The notes beneath the pieces were generated by a model that was not told the DNA's origin, did not search any database, and saw only the letters and a list, made by a program, of their open reading frames with translations. Below are positions 42,745 to 57,049 of a stretch of DNA of 64,000 bases, one piece after another. A program made the position numbers and the translations under genes. Each line of letters opens with the position of its first letter. Position 1 is the first letter of the stretch. Source of the stretch: Chrysomallon squamiferum (lineage: Eukaryota > Animalia > Mollusca); contig CM022676.1 of assembly GCA_012295275.1 (NCBI GenBank), positions 7,750,001 through 7,814,000 on the forward strand, in the 5' to 3' direction.

Positions 42745-44500
42745 CACAAACAAACCTGCTATAAGATAAAGAAACATAATATAATGAACAGAAAAACAGT
42801 GCACACTAGTTTAGTAGTTACATCAGTTCCCTTTCTTACTTCTTTTGTCTTATTTCGTGCTCGAATTGCTTGCTCACAGTTCGTTTAAGCCATTTTCTAT
42901 CACTTTAAACATTGCTAAAAAATCAACAATATGCAAACCTTTCTTTTTTCTATATTTCCTCTTCCTGAGTAACTATTAACTTTGGATAACACGTAAAATC
43001 AACTATTTACATCTGCTGTACATTTCTAGAATATTCAAAATCTATTCAGGACAAAAAGGTAAGTTTACTGATTTATTCAAAGTCTTATTTTAGTAATGTC
43101 TTCAGAGCTGTAAAATAGATCAGATATAAGTGATTACATCAATTAATTTATATTTCCACCCCAGCTAAAGGTGTATAACTGTAATTCTACATCAGAACAT
43201 CCCACACAAGTCCATTCATTATAAAACAGAAACATAAATATGATGAGTCCAAGTGAAATTATTTACGTGGATATATACATTAGTCTCTACTTGATAAATT
43301 CAGAATCTGGTGAAAATGGAGGTGGTATTCACTACTCAAATCATCGAGAGATTTTTGTTCAAACAGAAGTAATTGTGTTTCAAAGCGCTGGTTACTGAGA
43401 AGTAACAGAATTACCACTGAATCTGAATATCAACTCCTTTCTTCAGAATCAACAGATCAAGTCAGCTAAAAAAACAAGACCAAGCAGAAAAATCCAGACA
43501 AGAAAATTAAATCTATGCTGTTTCACCACCAACAGCAATCACCACGACAACAACACGGTTTATCAGGAGTCGAAAAGATCACAAAACGTATAAATGCAAC
43601 AACCTTGGCCTACATCAGAAGATGCATCATTCTAAAACAGATTTTGTGCATTGTATAACTGTTTCAGCTATTCTTGCCATGGACTACACTGTTTACTAAA
43701 CAAAGCTGTAAGTTCGAAAGTGGTAATCATAATTTTGATACCAATCAGCCCGACTTCAGAAGCTTTCTGGCAATTACCCTCTTACAAGTTTAAACACCGG
43801 ACCTCCACGGGTTGAACACTTCCTGCCTTGAATTCCAAGACAAAACAAAAAAACAACAAAAATCTGACAGGATAGAGGACATTTACCTGGAAACGTCCAG
43901 ACGCAGAAACAATGATTTAAAAAAACATGATGCACAATATAATACATTTAAATTCAATCCAAACGTTTATCTCAATATGAAAAACTTTAAGAAAATGATC
44001 ATAAAATCATCATATAACCGTATGCCTTAAGCCAGAGGTGTGCAAACTACGGCCCGTCAGGAATTTTCACGAACAATAAACCTATAACAGTTTTAAATTT
44101 GTAGTCTTCATTTCACTGATGTCTTTTCCCTGCAATACTTAATCGTCTCTATGTAACAATACATTTGTTGATTAAGAAACAGAAAAAAGAAATAGATTTC
44201 ATGTGCATTCTTTATGCTTTATGGTCGCTCCTTTTTCGACCTCATAATGGTGTGGCCCATTTGTCAGTCTGCCCACCCCTGACTTAGGCAATGTGAACTG
44301 AATATAAAAACTCAAAAGTATAACAAAATCTTGGATAGATATGGTTTACCAAGCAGTGGAAAGGAAACTCTTGTTAGTATTTTAAAAAATGTAAATATAG
44401 TTTTATTCTGTCACTGTCAGCCAGGAATTTAATTTCTCATATCACCTTTATACAAGAAAATAGAGACTTTCATGACGTCACGATCTTACGTCAGAGACAA
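42745..44500. repeat. Decayed segment, copy 3
   Basis: Collinear with 5990-7750 and interrupted by a hAT MITE. Confidence 0.75.
44033..44281 (+). mobile_element. hAT (Charlie-like) MITE
   Basis: Termini cagaggtgtgcaaactacggcccg ... ggcccat..gtctgcccacccctg. Near-matching 8-bp flanks ccttaagc/acttaggc. Absent from paralogous copies at about 7515 and 55215. Confidence 0.7.
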
Positions 44501-44860
44501 TATAAAAAATAAAAAATATTTTATTTCTTTGATATCATCGCGGGAAAACATTACTGAGATTGATAATATATTTATAAATTCATTTGTATATCTATCTATC
44601 TCTCTCTCTCTCTCTCTACACATACATACATATACATTCACATATACATATAGAAATACATGTGTATATATACATGTGCTGTAGGTTATATTATAATAAC
44701 AGATATCCTTTTTTACTGGAAAATCGTGGACGTTACGTTTTCCTTTCTTGTACATCATAACGGTAAGACAACCTTGTTTAATCGTTCATGAAAGTGTATA
44801 AACAAGTGTATGCCAAACAAAAAATACTCGTTTACTGCTTTATCATTTATTAATATCAGT

Positions 44861-44973
44861 TCACTCACTATCAGGCAGTAGGACCTCATATGGGACGTCA
44901 TTTCGTCTTTCCTCTAGACGAGAATATAGATTCTCTGTATCTTGATGCACAGTCGTTGGAGCACTCTGACCAT
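44861..44973 (-). CDS. Candidate terminal exon, ITAM-like
   Basis: xGQSAPTTVHQDTENLYSRLEERRNDVPYEVLLPDSE*. Confidence 0.62.
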
Positions 44974-45357
44974 CTGAGACATGGAATGAAAATTTATTTT
45001 TGTTTATATAAAAATTCTGATGTGTGGAGAAAACAATAATCGCTTTAATGAATGAGTATGTAAATGCACCCAGACACACTAGCACTCGCAGATAAATATA
45101 TACTTTTAAAATTCAATATGTTTAACAGTATAGCTTTACAAATACGCTATTTCTGTCTCTCTATCTATCTAGGTGTCGACCTACCTATCTATATAGATAT
45201 ATATATTCTTTCAAAACGTTTTACAATATATCCGTACCGTCCACTGAATTAATTTTTAAGCAAAGCTTTGTAACATATATTAATCACAAAATTCCATAAT
45301 AGCTACTATCTCGTAAAGATTTGTTCTTTTCCTATAAGTTACTGCTTTAATATCGAT

Positions 45358-45470
45358 TCACTTACTATCAGGCATTAGGACCTCATATGGGACGTCATTT
45401 CGTCTTTCCTCTAGAGGATAATATAGATTCTCTGTATCTTGATGTACAGTCGTTGGAGCACTCTGACAAT
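45358..45470 (-). CDS. Candidate terminal exon, ITAM-like
   Basis: xCQSAPTTVHQDTENLYYPLEERRNDVPYEVLMPDSK*. Confidence 0.62.
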
Positions 45471-46312
45471 CTGAAACATGGAATCAAAATTTGTTTTTGT
45501 TTGTATAAAAATTATAATGTGTGGAGAAAACAATGATCGCATTAATGAATGAGTATGTAAATGCACCCAGACAAACTAGAGCTCACAGATAAATATATAC
45601 TTCTAAAATTCAATATGTTTAAGTGTATAGCTTTACATATACGCTATTTCTGTCTCTCTATCTATCTATGTATCGACCTACCTACCTATATATACATAGA
45701 TAGATACATAGATAGACAGAGAGAAAGATAGATAGATAAATAGATATTCTTTCAAACGTTTTATAATATTTCAGTACAGTCCAGTGAATTAATTTTAAGA
45801 CAAAGCTTTCTAACATATATTAATCACAAAACTGCATAATAGCTAAAATGTCGTTAAGATTTGTTCTTTCCTATAAGTTCCGTATGTGTGTGTGTGTGTG
45901 TGTAAATGTTTAATGTCAGTCTCCTTAAAACTGTGTTAGAAAACTGTTTATATTTTCAACTAAATAGGGAATCCTTTATCCGAAGTTCTGAAATTTGAAA
46001 CATCTTCCAAGCAGCAGAAAAACTGATATATTACGGATTATTTGGCACACCCACTCTTTATTTCATGCACAACATTTTTGAATTTTATACTATTTATGAA
46101 ATCGTGCAGACTACTTAGATAAGCTGCATGTGAAATACAAGTTCAGTTACCGCTTAGACTGTGTTTTTTATCTAAGGCTATCTCATCAAATACCAAATTC
46201 CAAAAATCCTAAAATTAAGAAACATTTCGGACCAAAGTTTTCTCAACCTACATACAATATACATACATACACACATACAAACATATACATTCACATATAC
46301 ATATAGATATAC

Positions 46313-46360
<48 letters not shown>

Positions 46361-46466
46361 TATAGCTTATATTGTAATAACAGATATCCTTTCTTGAAAG
46401 TGACTAAATAGGTGTATGGCTAACAACAAATATTCGCTTTCTGCTTTATCATTTATGAACATCAAT

Positions 46467-46579
46467 TCACTCACTATCAGGCAATAAGACCTCATATGGG
46501 ACGTCATTTCGTCTTTCCTCTAGATGAGAATACAGATTCTCTGTATCTTGATATACAGCCTCGAGCGCTGTCTGATTAT
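46467..46579 (-). CDS. Candidate terminal exon, ITAM-like
   Basis: xNQTALEAVYQDTENLYSHLEERRNDVPYEVLLPDSE*. Confidence 0.62.
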
Positions 46580-46930
46580 CTGAAACATAGAATGAAAATA
46601 TGTTTCCGTTTATATAAAAGTTGTGATGTACGGAGAAAACAATAATCGCATTAATGAATGTGTGTGTATATAAATATACACACACACATTCATTAATGCG
46701 ATTATTGTTTAATTATTATATAAATATACACACACGCATATATATATAGTGCAGGTTATATTACAATAATAGATATCCTTTTTTTCTCGAAAATCATGGA
46801 TGCTGAGTTTTCGTTTCTTGTACATCATAACGGTAAAACAACATTGTTTAATCGTTCATGAAAGTACCTTAATAAGTGTATGGCTAACACAAAATACTCG
46901 TTTACTGCTTTATCATTTCTAAATATCAAT

Positions 46931-47043
46931 TCACTCACTATCAGGCAGTAGGGCCTCATATGGGACGTCATTTCGTCTTTCCTCTAGAGGATAATATAGA
47001 TTCTCTGTATCTCGATTTACAGCCGTTGGAGCATTCTGACCAT
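46931..47043 (-). CDS. Candidate terminal exon, ITAM-like
   Basis: Same peptide as 25492-25604 (YYPL/YEAL). Confidence 0.62.
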
Positions 47044-48071
47044 CTGAAACATGGAATCAAAATCTGTTTTTGTTTATATAAAAATTCTGATGTGTGGAGA
47101 AACCAATAATCGCTTTAATGAATGAGTGTGTGTAAATTCACCTAGACACACTAGCAATCGCAGATAGATATACATTTTTAAAATTCAATATATTTAAGTG
47201 TATAGTTTTACATATACGCTATTTCTATCTCTCTGTCTATCTAGGTGTCGACCTACGTATCTATATCTAACTATCTATCCAGATAGATACATAGATAGAT
47301 AGATTGATAGACAGATATATTTTCAAAACGTTTTACAATATTTCCGTACCGTCCATTGAATTAATTTTTAAGCAAAGCTTTGTAATATATATTAATCACA
47401 GAATTGCATAATAGCTAAAATGTCGTTAAGATTTCTTCTTTTCCTATAAGTTACGTATGTATGTATGTGTGTGGGTGTCTGTGTAAATATGTAATATCAG
47501 TCTCTTTAAAACTCTGTTAGACAACTGTTTATATTTTCAGCTAAATGGGGAATCCTTTATCCGAATTTCTGAAATTCGAAACATCTTCGAAGCAGCAGAA
47601 AAAGTGATATATTACGGATTATCTGGCACACCCACTCTTTATTTCATGCACAAAATTATTAAATATACTTTTTATAAAATCGTGCACACTACTTAGATAA
47701 GATGTACATGAAATATAAGTTCAATTACCATTTAGTTTGTGTTTCATATCTAAGGCTATCTCATCAAATACCAAAATCCAAAAATCCAAAAATAACAAAC
47801 ATTTCGGACCAATGGATTCTCAAAATACATACAACATACATACATACATACACACATACAAACATATACATTCACATATACATATAGATATACATACATC
47901 TATATATACTATAGCTTATATTGTAATAATAGATATCATTTTTTTCCTGGAAAATCCTGGATGTTGCGTTTTCGTTTCTTGTACATCATAACGGTAAAAT
48001 AACCTTGTTTATTTGTTCACATGGCAAACAAAAAATACTCGTTTTCTCCTTTATCATTTCTAAATATCAGT

Positions 48072-48184
48072 TCACTCACTATCAGGCAGTAGCGCCTCAT
48101 ATGGGACGTCATTTTGTCTTTCCTCTAGACGAGAATACAGATTCTCTGTATCTTCATGTACAGTCTTTGGCGCTGTCTCACTAT
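48072..48184 (-). CDS. Candidate terminal exon, ITAM-like
   Basis: Same peptide as 26589-26701 (YSRL/YEAL). Confidence 0.62.
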
Positions 48185-48808
48185 CTGAAACATGGAATCA
48201 AAATATATTTTTGTTTATATAAAAATTCTAATGTGTGGAGAAACCAATAATCGCATTAATGAATGAGTATGTAAATGCACCCAGATAACTAACAATCGCA
48301 GATAAATATATACTTCTAAAATTCAATATGTTTAAGTGTATAGCTTTACAAATACGCTATTTCTATCTCTCTGTCTATCTAGGTGTGGACCTACCTATCT
48401 ATCTATCTATCTGTCTATCTATATATATATATAGAAATACATGACATATAAGTTCAATTACCATTTAGACTGTGTTTTTCATCTAAGGCTATCTCATCAA
48501 ATACCAAAATCCAAAAATCCAAAAATAAAGAAACATTTCCGTCCAAAGGATTCTCAACCTACATACAAGATACATACAAACATACATACATATACTTTCA
48601 CATATACATATATATATATATATATACTCTAGGTTATATTATAATAATAGATATCCTTTTTTCCTGGAAAATCATGGATGTTACGTTTTCCTTTCTTGTA
48701 CATCATAACGGTAAAACAACCTTGTTTAATTGTTCATGAAATTATCTTAATAAGTGCATGGTTAACAAAAAATACTCGTTTACTGCTTTTTCTTTTCTTA
48801 ATATCAAT

Positions 48809-48921
48809 TCACTCACTATCAGGCAATAAGACCTCATATGGGACGTCATTTCGTCTTTCCTCTAGAGAAGAATATAGATTCTCTGTATCTTGATGTACAG
48901 TCTTTGGCGCTGTCTCACTAT
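48809..48921 (-). CDS. Candidate terminal exon, ITAM-like
   Basis: Same peptide as 27266-27378 (YSSL/YEVL). Confidence 0.62.
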
Positions 48922-49662
48922 CTGAAACATAGAATGAAAATATGTTTTGATTTACATAAAAATTGCGATGTGCGGAGAAAACAATAATCGCATTTATGTG
49001 TATATAAATACACACACACATGGAGATTCGCTCTAGGTATCTATCTATGTATTTATCTACATATAAACACAACTTATTACTCATATATTAATAACTAAAT
49101 TGCTTATAGGCTAAAACATCGTTACGACTTGTTCTTTTCCTATTAGCTTCGTAGGTATTTGTGTATCCATGTATCTATTAATTAATATATAGTTGTCTGG
49201 ATGGGTGCTTTATCATTTAAAGCAAATTTAATATAATATAACGTATATAAATAAAATTTTCCACGTATATCAGTGTCTATAAAACTGTATTAAAAAAAAA
49301 CAACTGTTTTTTATTTTCATTTTAATACAGCTTGAGGATCCTTTATCCGAAATTCTGAAATTCAACGTTTTTTCCGGGCAGCAGAAAAAGTGAGATATTA
49401 GAGTTTTCGAATCGTTTCGTACAGGTAAACTTTATTTTATGCATACATTTATTAAAAATACAATTTATAAAGTCCTGCAGACTATTTACATAAGCTGTAT
49501 ATGAAATATAAACTGAATTATATTTAGACTGTGCTTCTTATCTAAGGTTTTGTCATCAAATCCCAAAATAGGGTAATGATTGTGTGGAAAGTTACACATA
49601 GCCATCGTGACATGTTGCATACTTTATCGAAAAAGAAAAAATATATATAGTGTATAACATAC

Positions 49663-49697
<35 letters not shown>

Positions 49698-49860
49698 TAA
49701 TAGCTAGAATTCCTTTCTGGAAAATCGAGCATTTCGCGTTTTCGTTTCTTATATATGATAAATTAAGTCAACCTTGTTTAAATGTTCAAGTAAGTCTGTA
49801 GATAAGTGTATGCTTCACAAACATTGCTCGTTTTCTTCTTTATCATTAATTAATATCAGT

Positions 49861-49973
49861 TCACTTACTATCAGGCATTAACACGTCATCTGGGACATCA
49901 TTTCCTCTTTCCTCTAGCAAAGAATGTGAATTGTCTCCATCTTGATTTACAGCCGCTGGCGCAGGCTCATTCT
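49861..49973 (-). CDS. Candidate terminal exon, tyrosine-less variant
   Basis: xNEPAPAAVNQDGDNSHSLLEERGNDVPDDVLMPDSK*. Confidence 0.52.
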
Positions 49974-50777
49974 CTGAAACATGGGATGTAATTATGTATA
50001 TATATATGTGCATGGATACATAGTTACATATATACACACATGCATAATACACATATGTAAGAACATGTTTCTACAGATACATCGATGTGTGATTTGAGAG
50101 ACACACACACAAACACACACAGATATATATATTCTCATATGTATGCGTGTTTTTATGCATGCAGATATGCGGTGTATTGTTTGTGTATGTATATATGTAC
50201 GCATGTACTTAAAGTTGTAACCCATATTTCTGTTTGATTACTATTATTCTGCTTTTGTTTATTTAAACCATTTACAAATTGTCTCTTCTTAAAAAAGTAG
50301 AAAAATTTTAGCTTTTCAAAGAAAGACACTTTAAAAAATCCTGCAGCTGTTTATATAAGGTCTATATGAAAAATAAATCTCAGTAAATCCCTAAATCCGA
50401 AATTTTCGAAACATTTCGATAAAGGATTGTCAACCTATCTATCTGTCTCTCTATCCATCTATCTATCTATCTATCTATCTATCAGTCTGTATGTCTGTCT
50501 GTCTATCTATCTAGCTATATATATATATATATATATAGTGCAGGCTATATTTTAATAATAGATAGCATTTCTTTCTGGAAAATCGTCTCTAGTTAACAAA
50601 CATTACTTGTTTTCTTATTTATAATTCTTTCCTGGAAAATCGTGGATGTTACGTTTTTCCTTTCTTGTACATCATAACGGTAAGACGACCTGGTTCAATT
50701 CTTCATGAAATTATCTTAATAAGTGTATGGTCAACAAAAAATACTCGTTTACTGCTTTATCATTTCTAAATATCAGT

Positions 50778-50836
50778 TCACTCACTATCAGGCATTAAGA
50801 CATCATCTGGAACGTCGTTTCGTCTTTCCTCATCAT
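50778..50836 (-). CDS. Candidate terminal exon, short tyrosine-less variant
   Basis: xDEERRNDVPDDVLMPDSE*, in-frame 54-nt deletion. Confidence 0.48.
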
Positions 50837-51330
50837 CTGAAACATGGAATGATATTATGTTTTGGTTTATATAAATATTATTGTGTGTGTTGGAGTGTGC
50901 GTATTGTTTATTTATATATATATCTTTGCATGTATATAGTTGTGTGTGTATATATTATGTGTGCTTATGTATGTATGTGCGTATATGTATACGAATGTAT
51001 GTGTTTATGTGTGTACATATGTATTATGTATGTATGTGTGTATGTATGTGTGTATGTGTGTGCGTATATGTCAACTTACCAGAAACTTGATCTACCTTGT
51101 GGTAGTCATGATGATTTGGGCTGATTCTGAATTTTCAAAAAGTAAATAAAATATATTACATGTACATTGATGTGATAATCCTAGTACGAACAAAGGAATG
51201 CAAACAGACATACGTATATACATACCATATAATCATACATAAATACAGCATGTTATATATTACATGTATATTACATATTTACGCACGTGCACACATACAT
51301 AGCAATACGTAACTGAACGAAGCATACCAA

Positions 51331-51530
51331 NNNNNNNNNNNNNNNNNNNNNNNNNNNNNNNNNNNNNNNNNNNNNNNNNNNNNNNNNNNNNNNNNNNNNN
51401 NNNNNNNNNNNNNNNNNNNNNNNNNNNNNNNNNNNNNNNNNNNNNNNNNNNNNNNNNNNNNNNNNNNNNNNNNNNNNNNNNNNNNNNNNNNNNNNNNNNN
51501 NNNNNNNNNNNNNNNNNNNNNNNNNNNNNN
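51331..51530. other. Assembly gap (200 N)
   Basis: Run of n. Confidence 1.
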
Positions 51531-52250
51531 AGAACGTCTGAGTTGGGCCAGAAAACAACAACACTGGCGACGCAGACAGTGGGATCAAACATTATTCACA
51601 GACGATTCAAGGTTTTGTTTTCACTTTGATGGTAGACGTCATGTATGGAGGAGACGAGGAGAACGATATGATGCAGACAACGTCTTTCAACATGACCGAC
51701 AAGGCGGTGACAGCGTCATGGCCTGGACCGGCATTCATACTGAAGATAAAACAGATCTCGTCTTCATTCACGGAAACATGACTGTTCAACGTTACAGTGA
51801 CGGGATCATTACACCAGTGGTCATTCCATTCCTGCAGCAGCATCGTGACTTTCTGTTTCAACATCACAACGCTGGACCACACACCGCCAGGGCTAACCAC
51901 TAACCTTCTTGAGCGGAACGAGATCCAAGTGTTGAACTGACCACCAAAGTCCCCTGACTTGTCCCCAACTGAGCATGCATGAGGTCTACTGGGCCATAGG
52001 GTACGCAAAAACAATCCTCATATCCTTAATGTCCATGACCTACACATTGCTCTGAACCGGGAACGGAACGCAGTTGCTGTTTCTGAGATTGATGCTCTTA
52101 TTAGAAGCATGAGACGACGATGTACTGCTGTCGTCAGTGCCACAGGTGCACACAGTTATTGAGCCCCTCACACCATTTTGGTAGACGCACCTCTCCATTT
52201 CATCAGTTGACATTAAAGTAACGACGTTGAGCCACCGTGACAACGTCTTA
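51531..52250 (+). mobile_element. Tc1 transposase pseudogene (DDE region)
   Basis: WARKQQHWRRRQWDQTLFTDDSRF..GRRHVWRRRGERY..GGDSVMAWTGI..LFQHHNAGPHTAR..PPKSPDLSPTEHA, with stops and a frameshift. Confidence 0.9.
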
Positions 52251-52618
52251 CTGTCAGCAACATATGCATTAATATATATAGATTATATATATATTGTAGT
52301 GAGTAGTGGGACAAACTGGTTGCAAAAATAAAACATACAAAATAAAACATAAACTGTAAACACTTTAATTAGATACTCAAAATCACTTTTCTTTTGTGAA
52401 ATACTCCAAGCTATAAGTGTACGTGTTTTTGTTCTGATTTCAGTGATAAGTAATTAGTCAAATTGTTATACATTTTTGATATTTAACTTTTAGAGGCTGT
52501 TGTTTCAAAATTGCCAGTTTGACGAAATCCTGGTTTTGAGGGCCCATTCCAAAGTTATTATTATTATAATTTTTTTCATCTCTTTGCTGAGTTGGTAAAA
52601 CCATTAACTTACGGCTAG

Positions 52619-52675
<57 letters not shown>

Positions 52676-53811
52676 GTAGTAGTAATAATAAATAGTAGTA
52701 GTAATAGTATTAGTTTTAGTAGTAGTAGTAGTACTAGTAGTAATGATGATATTAAAATAGTAAAGAAATAAAATAAATAAATAAAATATTTGAATGTTCA
52801 TAACTTCACTTGTACTATAAAAAACATAAATCTTTGAATTTTTAGTATACATATTTTTTGTACCAAATCAGACAGAATGAAGAGATGTAGATGATAAACT
52901 ACATTTAGAAGGAATAAATTAGAAAATCTGAATCGTTACTTTTAGGGGATGATCAGGTAAATATAACACTGCGTAGAGTAAGGAGACAGTTCTCGAGCCT
53001 GACTGAATGTAATTTCGCATACACAGACATAAGAATGTGTTTCTATTGCTGTACCGATGTGTGTGAGTGTGTGTGTGTGTGTGTAAATAAATACACCCAC
53101 TCAGACACACATATAAGTTAAAAAGTCAATATGCTTAAGTGTATCATTTTACATATACATTATCTCTACCTGTATATATATATCTATCTATATAGATATC
53201 TGTCCATCTATCTGTCTATTTATATAGATATCTATCTAAATGTCTATCAATCATCTATATACATACACAGACGTAAGAATGTGTTTCTATAGCTATATGT
53301 ACCGATGTGTGAATGTACATGTGTTTGTGTATATATATATGTATGTATGTATGTATTTAATTTTATTTCTAGAGATTCGAGTTGACTTAAAGTTGACCAT
53401 TGTAATGTATATTACATTGTGCTTTCGTCCTTTGGCCACATATTTATTACTTTGCTACCATATTTTATTTACATAGATAAAACATTTAAAAACTTTATAC
53501 AAAAACGTTCAGAGATGTATAAAAATACATTTCCACAACAAAATAATATAATTAATATATATTTAAAACTTTCAGAAACTATTTGAAAAATATCCGTTCT
53601 CAAAACTATAAAATAGATAATATTGTAACATTTAATAAAATACACTTGAAGAAAAATTCATTTGAAAAAAATTCATTTGAAAAAAACAATACATTTCAAA
53701 TGCTATTTAGAAGGTATCGAAATCTGTAAAAAACGCAACATTTCATTAAAAAAATATAATAATAAAAATAAAAGTAAATAAATAAATAAATAAATAATAA
53801 TTCAAAGAGAG

Positions 53812-53880
<69 letters not shown>

Positions 53881-54464
53881 ATACATGTATGTATGTCTAT
53901 GTATGTGTTTATATGTATGCAGAAATGAGCGTATGTATGTACATTTCTAGGAATGTACGTTATTGTTTACGCTGTCTATACGTACGTACGTATGTATGTA
54001 TTTATTTATTCATTTATGTATGTACGTACGTATATATATATATAATTAATGTGTTTATATCTATGTATATGCATAGTATGAATATATATACAGAGATACG
54101 TTGTTACATACGTAATTATATGTTTACACATACTAAGGCAGTGAGCTGGTGAATGGATGGATGGACGGATATATGAACACAAAAATATAAAGAATATAAG
54201 AAAAATCAGACAGAGAAACAGAAAAATACAGATTTATAGAAAGAAAAGAAAAGAGGAGAGGTGTGTAAAATGAGAATGGTTGAAGTACAAAAATCGATGT
54301 AGAAAGTGTTAAATGAAGAAAGACACACAAACAGACGAACATATTTAGAAGACAAAAATTAAAACTTTATTTTAGAGTAAGAAGCAAAATTCTAAAATAT
54401 AACAGATAAATGGAAAATTTGTTTCCTCTCTCCAAGAAAAATATTCACAGAATAGCGGACACAC

Positions 54465-55450
54465 AAACAAACCTGCTATATGATAAAGTTAGGTAATATA
54501 ATTAACAAAACATAGTACACTCTAGTTTAGTAGTTACATCTGTTTCCTTTTCCTATTTCCTGTTCTAACTGCATGCTCAATATTCGTTTAACACATTTTA
54601 TATCACTTTAACCAGACACTAATGCAACAATATGGAATTTTTTTTTTTTCTTAATAATTTCTCTTGATAATATGTAAAATCAACAATTTACATCTGTACA
54701 TTTGTAGCAATAAGAAAACGCGGATAAAGAAAAGAAAAGATTACTAAAAACTTCTTAGTAAAAAGAGGTAAGTTTAGTAAAAGTTATATTTTAGTAATGC
54801 ATTAACAGTTCAGGACATGGCAAAAGAAAAGAAGAAAACAACAACAACAACAACAACAAAAAAAACAAAACAAACCCGAAAAAACCCAAAGCGAAATATT
54901 CCAAACAAGAAACTTAAATCTACCTCACCAACAACCACAATCACCACGACAACACAGTTTATTTGTAGAAGAAAAGATCACCAAACAAATAAATACAACA
55001 ACCTTGACCTAGAACAGAGCTTGTGTACTGTGGAATTGTTTCAGATATTCTTGTCATGTACTACACTGGTCACAAGACAAAACTGTATTCCAACCAATCA
55101 ATGCAATCCAACCAGTTTATTTCAATATGAAAAACCCATTCATACGCCCTAACTCTATGGAGGGACACTCCACCAACTTTTACAAAAATCATCATGAAAT
55201 CATCATATATAACCATTCCTTATTCAGTCTAAACTGAGTATAAAAATATGAAAAACACAAAAGTATCACAAAAACATGAAACCTTGCATAGATATTATTT
55301 ACCAAGCAGTGTTGCAGATGCTGTTGTTGGTATAGTTGTTATAAATATTGTTTTATTCTGCAATTGTCAGCCAGGAATTTCATTTCTCATATTATACAAG
55401 AAAATAGACAATTTCGTGACGTCACCATCCTACATGAGAGAAAAATCAAT
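54465..55450. repeat. Decayed segment, copy 4 (internally deleted)
   Basis: Shares blocks with 5990-7750. Confidence 0.7.
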
Positions 55451-55842
55451 GCACAACATGCGAATTTGACTAATATTTCACTTCTTGGACATCTTCACGA
55501 GACGTCATTAATCAGATAGATCAAATTTGTTTCTTTTTTTAATGTGTAAGTATGTAGATACGTTAATTTTACAAGAGATTTTTACATAGTTACAGATACA
55601 ATTCACACAATAGTAATTAATGATATAAATTCGCGATTGGCAGCTCATTAAAATGTTTATAACTTTTCTCACAGGTAGCTATTAATACAGTTCAAATCTT
55701 GTGTGACTGTAGAAATTGAATATATGAAGTCTTTGTATTTTAGTATAAACATTTAACAATATAATCTTGCTTAATTTTTCAGGAACGTGCCTTAAGAAGC
55801 GTGTGTTTAACAAATGAATCCGTGTTCTTCTTTATCGCTTAC

Positions 55843-55928
55843 TCATTTCTTCTGCAGGAGAGGGCCATGCACGTATACAGGATAATATAGATTCTCTGTA
55901 TCTTCGCGTGCAGTTGATGTTTGATTGT
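55843..55928 (-). CDS. Diverged tail exon with replaced 3' half
   Basis: gtttcAG then xNQTSTAREDTENLYYPVYVHGPLLQKK*. Confidence 0.4.
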
Positions 55929-56129
55929 CTGAAACATGGAATGAAATTATGTCTTAGTTTATATAAAAGTTGTCATGCGCGGAGCAAAATAACAATCGAA
56001 ATAATGTGTGTATGTGTGTGTATATATAAATAAATACACACTCGCGCATACACAAACACATTGTATTTGTCTATATACATATAGAGAGATAAGAATGTGT
56101 TTCTATAGCTGTATTGATGTGTGTCTGTA

Positions 56130-56172
<43 letters not shown>

Positions 56173-56936
56173 GCATATGCATATATAAGTATGTATTTAT
56201 GTACATATATGTATGTATATATGCATGCATGTACGTATGTGTCTGTATATATGTATGTATGTATTAAATTTTATCAGAAAGTCGGTTAGAAACTAAAATT
56301 CCTTTAGACTTGATTTGTTTTTTTTCTGTAAGCTATCACAGGAAATGCTGTTACTGAATTTTTCATATTAGTCTATAAGTTAAAATCTTATTTCTTCATA
56401 ATTTTTATTAGCGTCAATCTCCAAAATATTTTTTTATCTCTCTGTATCTATTTTCCCGATTCAACATTTATTCCAAATTGTTTTTGTGGTTATAATGTGC
56501 GAATTCAAAACGCTTCTGAGACGAATCTAAAAAGGTCAGTTTCAGTTTCTGGACTGAGAATATCAGTTTGCTCTCTTGGGATTATTTCAAAATGATCGTC
56601 CAGTATATGGCCAGGTTGGTGAAAACGTATGGCGACAGGAATGTCAACTTCATCCACAATATCTTATTTGTGACAAACAGTTCTAACTCGTAACTTATTT
56701 TTTATGGCCAACACATTTCGTTTTTTTTTTCATAACTTGCATATTAGGAAATACACAACTTTTTTGAAATCACAGTCCAGGTTAGTTTGGATTTTATTTT
56801 CAGTTTTTGTTTGTTCTGTACTGAATTTACAGTGAGATTTTATTAACCTTGTTTAATTTGTTTAACAAAGGGTCTTACGAAGTCTGTGATTAAGAAACTA
56901 TATTTGTTTTCTTCTTTACGATTCATTAATATCAAT

Positions 56937-57049
56937 TCACTTACTATCAAGCCTTATGACGTTTTCTGGGACGTCATTTCGTCTTTCCTCTGTAGAAGAA
57001 TATGGATTCTCTGTGTCTTCATGTTCAGCTGCAAGCGCAGTCTGATTAT
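56937..57049 (-). CDS. Diverged full-length tail exon with a single tyrosine
   Basis: 113 nt open: xNQTALAAEHEDTENPYSSTEERRNDVPENVIRLDSK*. Confidence 0.5.
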
